From assembly GCF_009914755.1 (NCBI RefSeq), contig NC_060947.1: DNA of 64,000 nt; one strand, 5' to 3'. The notes beneath the pieces were generated by a model that was given only the letters and a program-made list of their open reading frames with translations, was not told the DNA's origin and did not search any database. Shown in pieces: positions 48,209 to 64,000 of this stretch. Numbering within the stretch: the first letter of the stretch is position 1; every line of letters starts with the position of its first letter. Both the position numbers and the translations under genes were made by a program. This DNA comes from the human T2T-CHM13v2.0 reference genome, Homo sapiens.

Positions 48209-49025
48209 TCACTTTACCTCTAACCTCAGTTTCTTCATAAACAAGTAGGAATTACAATACCTTACAAGGTTTTTGGAAGGGCTAATTTCAGAAATGGCAC
48301 GTGAAAGCCCCCTGAAGTAGAGTGGCTGGCGCCTAGTAAGTGCTCAATCAATATTAGGTCTCTTTCTCTTGCCAGAAACTGATAGGGTTTATCCTAATCT
48401 CAACCCAGGAATCTTGAAACCTAATGTGTCAGTTCCTTGGCCTGTGGCTATTTGGGAATTAAACAGAGCTCCACCCAGGGGCTTCCCCCGGGGCTTCAAA
48501 CAGACACAGCCCCCAGACCCCCCAGAGGGAGAGGGGACCAACCTCGCTGCAGATTAAAAGTGAGCACCGACTCAATTCCATCCCTCCTCACCAAGCCCAC
48601 ACTGCTCAACTAGCGCAGCTGTCGCCCAGGGGAGTAAGCAAATGTTCCCCTACTTCCTCCCAAGCCCTGCTAGGCTGACCTGCAAGCATCAACAGCGAGG
48701 CGGGGCTTCGACATCTAAAGATTTGGAGATGCGCCCCCAGAGGGGCCCCAGGGCAGCCCGAGATTGCTCGCACTCTCCTCTCAGCAGAGAGGAAGGGTTC
48801 CACCCGATGCCCCCCGACTCAGGTCCCAGATTTTCCTGCCCCCATCTAGAAATGGTTTGGAGCTGGGGTGGAGACGGGAGCCCTAACTCCCGGGGCGGGG
48901 GTCTCGCCAGCAACAGGTCACGGCCCCGTTGATGCAACTGCATGCCATGGTTGCCAGAGAATCCTAGGTACGCCCGGACCCTCGCCGTCCCCCCTCCGAC
49001 ACACGTGTGGGTCCCCAACGCTTAC

Positions 49026-49145
49026 CAGAGAGCTGTTGCAAACCTAGGGAGCACAGAGTCTTGGACTGGGCTCGGTGAGGCGGAGTTAAGCCGAGTTGGG
49101 TTGGAGCTGCCGAGTTCGGCCGCTCAGGCTTCAAAGCTGCGGCTT
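49026..49145 (-). other. SLC7A3: SLC7A3 non-coding exon 1 (TSS approximate)
   Basis: Strong donor CTG|GTAAGC ending at 49026, CpG-rich context, TATA box about 30 nt upstream of the inferred start. Confidence 0.75.
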
Positions 49146-49232
49146 GGGGTCGTTGCGCGCCAAGCGCCCCTTATATACACCAGGAGGCGGAGCCGGTAAC
49201 GTCATGGGATCCCACCCCCAATCCTCCTCGCT

Positions 49233-49239
49233 ACACACA

Positions 49240-49289
<50 letters not shown>

Positions 49290-49298
49290 CACACACAC
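49233..49298 (+). repeat. (CA)n microsatellite upstream of the SLC7A3 TATA box
   Basis: About 22 uninterrupted CA units plus imperfect flanks. Confidence 0.97.
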
Positions 49299-49551
49299 TT
49301 CTTGGCTTTGCAAAAGGATTGCGTGGGGCCTGAGACTGCGTCCCATCCTCACTAGCAAGCCTGGCGTGCCGGGGAGCGAGAAAAGGGGGAGGGCAGTCTT
49401 TTCCCATTTGTCTCGCTGGTCGTCAGAACAGGACAATAAGAGGCTTCCTGGCCAAAGAACCCATGAGATTTTCCACCTCTGTGCCCTGTTAGGACCAGTG
49501 ATTCTGGGCAGGAATGGGGAAGGTAGGTGGGGTGTGATGGGGGGGAGTTGG

Positions 49552-49555
<4 letters not shown>

Positions 49556-49583
<28 letters not shown>
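49556..49583 (+). repeat. (TG)n microsatellite
   Basis: About 14 units, preceded by a G-rich tract. Confidence 0.95.
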
Positions 49584-51649
49584 CAGGAGTGAAGCGGAAC
49601 ACAGCAGGGGAGTCTCCACCTCACTCTCAGTCTTTCTTCCTTAGCTTTCTTGTCTACACATCTGACCCTGACCCTTCAGCTCTCACGCTCAGCTGTGGGT
49701 GTTTCTAATGCAGGCAGCAGGAGAATGGAAGATGATTTCAAGCCACCTGTATACAGATAATTAATCCAGTCTAAATTGATTTATAGGCCCCAATCTCTCT
49801 ATAATGTGTCTCCAGCTGCCTATAAATATTAAACTATTAAATGTGAAATTCTGACAATACCAACATCTTGGAGGAGGAAGCTTGTTTAGTTCCATTTTAT
49901 TGATGTGTAAGCTGAGGCTCAGAGGCATGACTTGTTTGACACCACACCATAATTATTGTTGACCACCTTTGATAAAACCTGGCCTGTTGGACTTCAATGC
50001 CTGCCTCCCGTAGGCACCATATCTTATTCAAATGAACAAGAAGAGGGATGTGGCCACAAGGAAAAACAAACAGGGAGAGGCATCAGCAGCAGGGTAGGCC
50101 CGTTTAGGCTAGGAGATACTAGGAAACAGAAAAGGACCCGAAGAATCTACGAATGATCACATTGGGTCAGATCCATAATCCATCTGACCCAATCAATTCT
50201 TACTCATAAGAAAGCACCAAAGGTTGTGAAAGTGTGGTCCCTGCTCCACCAAGACATCTTGGGGACTAAGGATGGACTCAAATATCCTTGCTTCTTTTAA
50301 TGATCCATGATGAATATATTACCCATGAATCTAAAATCTAAATCCGTTCTGAAAGAATTGGTATTTTCAACCAGCTGCAGCTCCATTTGGCATTCATTAA
50401 GTATTTATTGAGCATTTATTGAGCACTATGTGTAGTAGCTGGTACAGCAATGAAGAGACTATGAAGGAAACATAAAATAAAATCCTTGCCCTCCTAGTCC
50501 TAATCTAACTAGGGAAAGAAAACACACACTATACAACTGAAACCTTATTACATAGACGTTAGGAGTGCTGTGTTTGGAATTGCACCTAGGTTAAACTCAC
50601 AGCTCAGCCACTGTGGATTACCTAACATCCCTGAGCCTCAGTTTCTGGACATAATATACATATTTCACAAGGTTGTTGTGATGCTTAGATGAGATTATGA
50701 AGTCAAGTCTTCCTGCCTGGCACATGGAAAGTACTCAAGAAAAACTTGATACATATTTGGAACGATATATTAGTGTATATGATCTGGTTGCTTAGATTAG
50801 GTGATTGATTGGATTATGAGATTGATTATTTATCACAGAGATAAAATCCAAATGCCATGAAATCCAGTCTTTTAAAGAGTACAATTCAATAGGATTTAGT
50901 ATACAGTCACAGAGTTGTGTATCCATCACTACAATCAGTTTTAGAACATTTCATCATTCCAAAAAGAAACCCTGTACCCATTCCCAGACACTCCCCATTT
51001 TCTCCCAATCCCCTCACCGTATCCCTAGGCAACCACAAATCAATTTTTTTGCCTCTGTAAATTTGCCTAGATGTTGGTCAAAGGATGTAGAGTTTCAGTT
51101 ATGCAAGATGACTAAGTTCTGGGGATCTAACGTGCAGCATGGTCATTATAGTTATAACACTGTATTATGCTTGATACAGTTAATAGTATTGTATATTCAT
51201 GTATATACTTGAAATTTGCTGAGAATAGAGCATAAATGTTCTTATCACATCAAAAAATAGTAATTATGTGAGGTGAGGGATATGTTAATTAGCCTCATTA
51301 TGATAATCATTTCACTATATTATACATATATAAAAACATCATGTTGTACACTTTTAAAAATATACAATTTTTATTTACAACTATACTTCAATAAAGCCAA
51401 AAATAAAATGAATAAATAAAATGTAATTCAGTTGAGGGAAAAAAAGAAAGAAAACCACCATTTTGCACTCACCAAAGTAATAACTGATTCAGGCAAGGAT
51501 AATCAATAGATGATCCTGGGTGTTGGGAAGCAAAATATTCACATGACCTCAAAATACCACCCAACAGATTATAGTTTAATTATAAAGGGAAAGGTCCTGT
51601 ATTAGGGTTTTTTGTTTTGTGTTTTTTGTTTGTTTTGTTTTGTTTTTGA

Positions 51650-51991
<342 letters not shown>

Positions 51992-53035
51992 TAACAAGCA
52001 CCAAGGGAAAAAGTCACGGGGGCCAATATTCTTCCTACAACAGTAACTTTATAATGGAGAAATCTGGTGGAAAACACCTTAGCTAAGTGATCAAGTTTAG
52101 CACCACAAATAATGGGGCAAACTGACATTATATGCCAGCAGATGTGATGCAATGAGAAGTACATATCATCCATGACATATTTTTGCCAAAAACGTTTAAC
52201 CCTGAAACTAGTTGTGAGGATGTAACCAGAAAAATCCAGATTGTAAGACATTCTATATGACAAAAGACAACTAGCTAGAGTTCTGCAAATGTCTTGAAAG
52301 ATTTTTTGCCAGGCACGGCGGCTCACACTTGTAATCCCAGCACTTTGGGAGGCTAAGGCGTGTGGATCACCTGAGGTCAGGAGTTCGAGACCAGCCTGAC
52401 CAACATGGAGAAACCCCATCTCTACTAAAAATACAAAAATTAGCCGGGTGTGATGACGCTTGCCTGTAATCCCAGCTACTCGGGAGGCTGAGGCAGGAGA
52501 ATCGCTTGAACCTGGGAGGCGGAGGTTGCAGGTGAGCCGAGATCATGCCATTGCACTCCAGCCTGGGCAACAACAGCAAAACTCTGTCTCAAAAAAAACA
52601 GAAAAGAAAAAGAAAGATTTTTTTTTTTTAGGTAGGGGGACTGTTCTAAAGGAACTAAAGGAGACTGAGAGTCATGACACTATGAAGTGCATGGTCCCCA
52701 GCTGGAACTTGGATTGGAATTCTAAAAAAACATCTATAAAGGAGATGATTGGGACTATAGCAGAAATTTGAATGTGGCCTGTATATTAGCTAATGATACT
52801 GTATCAATATTAATTTCTTGTGCATGATAACAATATTGAGGTTATGTAGGAAAGAATGTCCTTGTTCTTAGGAGATATGTGCTAAATATTTAGGGATGAA
52901 GTGTAATAAACTTGAAAATGGCTCGGCAAAAATAATGTGTGTGTGCATGTGTGTGGAGAGAGACAGAGCAAATGTGACAAATGTTGAAAAGTGGTGAATC
53001 TAGGTGAACAATATGGGTATTGCTTATACTACTCA

Positions 53036-53395
<360 letters not shown>

Positions 53396-54372
53396 CTAGA
53401 TGATATCCCATTTTTTCTACATAACTCTTAATATATTTTGAATTTCCTTTGATATACAAAATGTGAAATATATATACATATGTAACTTGAATTTTTGCCA
53501 AAATACAAATCAGTCAGCCTAACACAATTCATTACTCATTCTTCGACTTTGATGATATGTACTTTATCATGTATTAAATTCTTAAATATACTAGCATATA
53601 TTTCTAGATTTTCTATTTTTCCATTTGTGACTGAATTTATGCTAGCATGTTAAATTTATTTATTTATTTATTTATTTTAGTCCCAGTTCCAGTTTTAGCA
53701 CATTAAAATTAGCTTTTAATTTAAAAATTACAGAAGCAGGCCAGATGCTGCAGCTCACACCTCTAATCCCAGCAGTTTGGGAGGCTGAGGCAGGAGGATC
53801 ACTTGAGGCCAGGAGCTCAAGACCAGCCTGAGCAACATAGCTAAATCCTACCTCTACAAAAAAATAGCTGGGAATGGTGGTTTGTGCCTGTAGCCCTAGC
53901 TACTGGGGAGGCTGAGGCAGGAGGATCTTTTGAGCCCAGGAGTATGAGGCTGCAGTAAGCTATGATTGCACCACTGTTCTCCAGCCTGGGCAACAGAGCA
54001 AGACACTGTCTCAAAAAAAAAAAATTACAAGAGCAAAACATGTTCATGTGACAGAGTGAGAGAATATAAAATAAAAAGTAAAAATCTCCTCCCACCCAAT
54101 GTGATATCCCTACTGTTTTTTGTTTGTTTGTTTGTTTTGTTTTGTTTGTTTTTGAGACGGAGTCTCGCTCTGTCACCCAGGCTGGAGTGCAATGGCGTCA
54201 TCTCGGCTCACTGCAACCTCCGCCTCCCGGGTTCAAGCAATTCTCTGCCTCAGCCTCCCGAGTAGCTGGGGTTACAGGCGCCCACTACCATGCCCAGCTA
54301 ATTTTTGTATTTTTAGTAGAGACGGGGTTTTGCCATCTTGGCCAGGCTGGTCTTGAACTCCCGACCTCGTGA

Positions 54373-54537
<165 letters not shown>

Positions 54538-55163
54538 TGACATTGCATACATATTCTTTTGCCCTTTATTCTTTTTTTTTCTTAAAAGTATATTTTGGAC
54601 TGCTTACCAGATCAGCAGTCATGGATCCACCTCACTCTTTTGTTTGTTTGTTTTGAGACAGAATCTCGCTCTGTTGCCCAGGCTGGAGTGTAGTGGCGCA
54701 AGATCTTGGCTCACTGCAATCTCCACCTCCCGGGTTCAAGCGATTCTCCTGCCTCAGCCTCCTGAGTAGCTGAGATTACAGGTGTCTGCCACCACTCCCG
54801 GCTAATTTTTGTATTTTTAGTAGAGATGGGGTTTCACCACATTGGCCAGGCTGGTCTTGAATTCCTGATCTCAAGTGATCCACCTGCCTCAGCCTCCCAA
54901 AGTGTTAAGATTACAGGCGTGAGCCATCGCAACCGGCCCACTTCACTCTTAAATGGCTGTCTAAGTGTTCTGCAGTATGGTTGGTCCTTCATTTATTTAA
55001 CCAGTCCCCTATTTATGCACGTTCATGTGGTTTCCAGTTTCTTCTCCCAACACAACATTGTAAATAATAGATGCTTTACTATGTTTTAATATTTGTTAAG
55101 CAAGACTTAACTTTTATAAAGTACTCCAAGCAGTTTATCTTTCAAAGTAAAACAGTTATTTTA

Positions 55164-55430
55164 TAGTCAGTTCTGCTATAACGATTGTTTTTATTCCAAG
55201 GCAATTGATATATTAGGCAACAATTAGAGCAGAATGTGAATTTTGCCTTTGCTTATGTGCAATGTGCAATTTCATCATCAGGAAATAGGCAAATGCGGAA
55301 AACTGTGTCCAGTTAAACCAAGCCACGCAGTTATGCACATAGTGAGCACATGCATGCACTGCAAACATCTAACAGCTACATCAGTTCATCATGTGTTATG
55401 AGCCACATCCATCCATATCTGGGGCTATAA
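55164..55430. mobile_element. Kanga-like (Tc2) DNA transposon end fragment
   Basis: agtcagttctgctataacg...aattgatatattagg resembles the recalled Kanga terminal sequence. Confidence 0.5.
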
Positions 55431-56006
55431 CTTTTGGGCTTGGTGGTTTTTTTTTTTTGTTTTTTTTTTTTTTTTGTCTGAGACAAGGTCTCACTCTGTC
55501 ACCCAGGCTGGAGTGCAATGGCATGATCATGGCTCACCACAGCCGCTACCCCCCGGGCTCAGGTGATCCTGATCCTCCCAACTCAGCCTCCCAAGTAGCT
55601 GGGATTACAGGCGTGCACTACCATGCGTGGCTAATTTTTGTGTTTTTAGTAGAGATGGGGTTTCGCCATGTTGTCTAGGCTGGTCTGGACCTCCTGAGCT
55701 CAAGGAATCTGCCCACCTCAGCCTCCCAAAGTGCTGAGATTACAGGCATGAGCCATGGCACCTGGCCTAATATTCTTACATTTAGTTTTTCTATCCAGAA
55801 ACAAAAGATGTCTCTTTATTTAAGTTATTTTACATTTATCAGTTAAGTTTTGTAGTTTTTCTTAGGTCATATCTCTCATTGAGTTTATTTTAAAAATATT
55901 ACATATATATATTTCTTAGTGTCAGGCCTAGGATCTCTTTTATTATATTTTCTAATTGGTTATTTATGACATACAAGATTGCTACTGGATTTTGTATATT
56001 TTTCTT

Positions 56007-62160
<6,154 letters not shown>

Positions 62161-62577
62161 TGGATTTTGTATATTTTTCTTATTTGGAGAACACTTAGGC
62201 ATACAACTGCATCATCTGCAAGTATTTTTGTCTCTTCTTTTCTAATAATGATTCCTCTTATTTCTGTTTCAAATCTTATTGCGCTAGCCAGAACACCCAA
62301 TACAATATTAAATAATAATGACAATAACGGACATCCTTATTTTATTTTCAATTTAAAAGGGAGTAAGAGTGACTGTTGGTTTGGAAGTCTCCTTACCACA
62401 TGAAGAAAATGTTTATTTCTATTTTTTTAAATTATTTTATTAGAAATGGGTGTTTGCAACACTATTCCACATAAGATGTTTTCTTTCATTTTCAATTCTC
62501 TCTCTTTTGTTTGGTATTACGGTAGCCACAGCTGAACCTTTCTAACCTCTAGGCTTTTGCCCATGCTTTTTCTTTTA

Positions 62578-62958
<381 letters not shown>

Positions 62959-62959
62959 T

Positions 62960-63324
62960 TACTATGGTTTGGAAGTTTGTCCTCCAAGCCTCATGTTGAA
63001 ATTTGATCCCCAATATTGGAGATGGGGCCTACTGGGAGGTATTTGGATCATGGGGGCAAATCCCTCATAAATAAATTAATGCCCCTCCCTTGGGGGTGAG
63101 TGAGTTCTAGTTCTGTTAGTTCCTACAAGAGCTGGTTGTTAAAAACAGGCTGGCACGTGCCAGCTCCCCTTCACCTTCTGCCATGAGTGGAAGCAGCTGA
63201 GGCCCTCATCAGATGCCCAGTCTTGAACTTTTCCAGGCATCAGAATTGTAAGCCAAATAAACCTCTTTTCTTTATAAATTAGCCTCAGGCAGTTCTTTAC
63301 AGCAACACTAAATGGACTAAGACA
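62960..63324 (+). mobile_element. MST-family (ERVL-MaLR) solo LTR
   Basis: tactatggtttgga...aataaacctcttttctttataaatt...ggactaagaca; 5-bp TSD gggct/aggct. Confidence 0.85.
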
Positions 63325-64000
63325 AGGCTCATATAACTGGTAAGTGTAAGGAAAAATGTCACTTTAGGAACAAGGTTCAAACACTGTCATCAAGACTCCC
63401 TTCTTCCAGGTCCTATTCCTCTTTGCTTATCACAGCTTGTGATATAGATGTGGTATATCCTTACAGCTTGTGATCCAAAAGAAAGACTCACTAGACCCCA
63501 GTGACTTTGTCCATATATCACATTTCATATGATGACCCTGGCTGGCCCTGCATGAGACCTGTGGCCACCCCAAAGTTATGGGATGCTATGAATAGTCAAG
63601 TCGAGGTCATGTGCCCACCTCTGCACTTAGGAGTGGAGTGTAAGGAACTCTTATGCACAGTCCCAATAGAATTGTATATGACAGAGAGGGGCAGATCTCC
63701 ACAGGTCAGAGGAGATAGATGTCTGCTGTTATAAAGTGAACCACTTTTTTCTCTTTCTGCCTCTTCACTACCCCTCTCTAGAGAAAAAAAAAGTTGACTA
63801 ACCTGACTAATGAATTTGAGAGAAGTTACTGGGTAATGTGTGGCTCAGCTTTTCCTGGTTCCCACTTTTGAAGCCATCCTGTCTGCAAAGAGGGTGCATT
63901 CTGATTTGCTCTCTGTGAGGGTGGCCTAGCTTACCCACCTAAGTCAGTCAGTCTCTCTAATTCAGGGCAGAGGGTGTTTAAAAGGCCTGCTTGGCCACAG

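Larger units (their letters stand above)
48600..49420 (-). promoter_or_regulatory. SLC7A3: SLC7A3 CpG-rich promoter and first-intron region with TATA box (TATATAA, 49171-49177)
   Basis: Local CpG and GC enrichment against an AT/Alu background; GC boxes; TATATAAGGGG on the minus strand. Confidence 0.8.

Noticed and set aside
48939-48956. Possible p53 response element (two CATG cores)
   Set aside because: Flanks fit RRRCWWGYYY poorly and the half-sites overlap.
49096-49644. 182-aa and 162-aa overlapping ORFs at the SLC7A3 promoter
   Set aside because: Kept open by CA/TG microsatellites and high GC (HT and VC repeats).

Overview
Primate (very probably human) X-chromosome genomic DNA, not a prokaryotic accessory region. 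Two genes lie on the minus strand. (1) The complete cationic amino-acid transporter gene SLC7A3/CAT-3: 11 GT-AG coding exons at 43863-48046 that sum to 1860 nt (619 aa + stop), a non-coding exon 1 with a TATA box near 49.1 kb, and a poly(A) signal at 43629. (2) The 5' end of the meiotic gene TEX11: non-coding exon 1 near 25.95-26.0 kb, an ATG exon encoding MDNDDFFSMDFK at 25053-25110, and an Alu-derived alternative exon encoding [27 protein letters not shown] at about 14794-14915; the rest of TEX11 lies left of the window. Most remaining sequence is transposon-derived: dozens of Alus, a full-length L1PA4-like element with target-site duplications (TSDs), a near-full-length L1PA7-like element nested in an older 5'-inverted L1, Tigger3/MER1/MER33 DNA transposons, MaLR LTRs and a 1.2-kb nearly pure A/T array. 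Almost all ORFs in the supplied track are Alu or L1 artefacts. I found no convincing new protein-coding system. The most interesting signals are the stop/start (ATGA) overlap created by the TEX11 Alu exon, an open L1 ORF0 pointing into TEX11, a 141-bp tandem duplication in TEX11 intron 1, candidate regulatory elements at SLC7A3, and several unusual retrotransposition or repair junctions. Gene and repeat-family names come from recalled sequences, not database searches.
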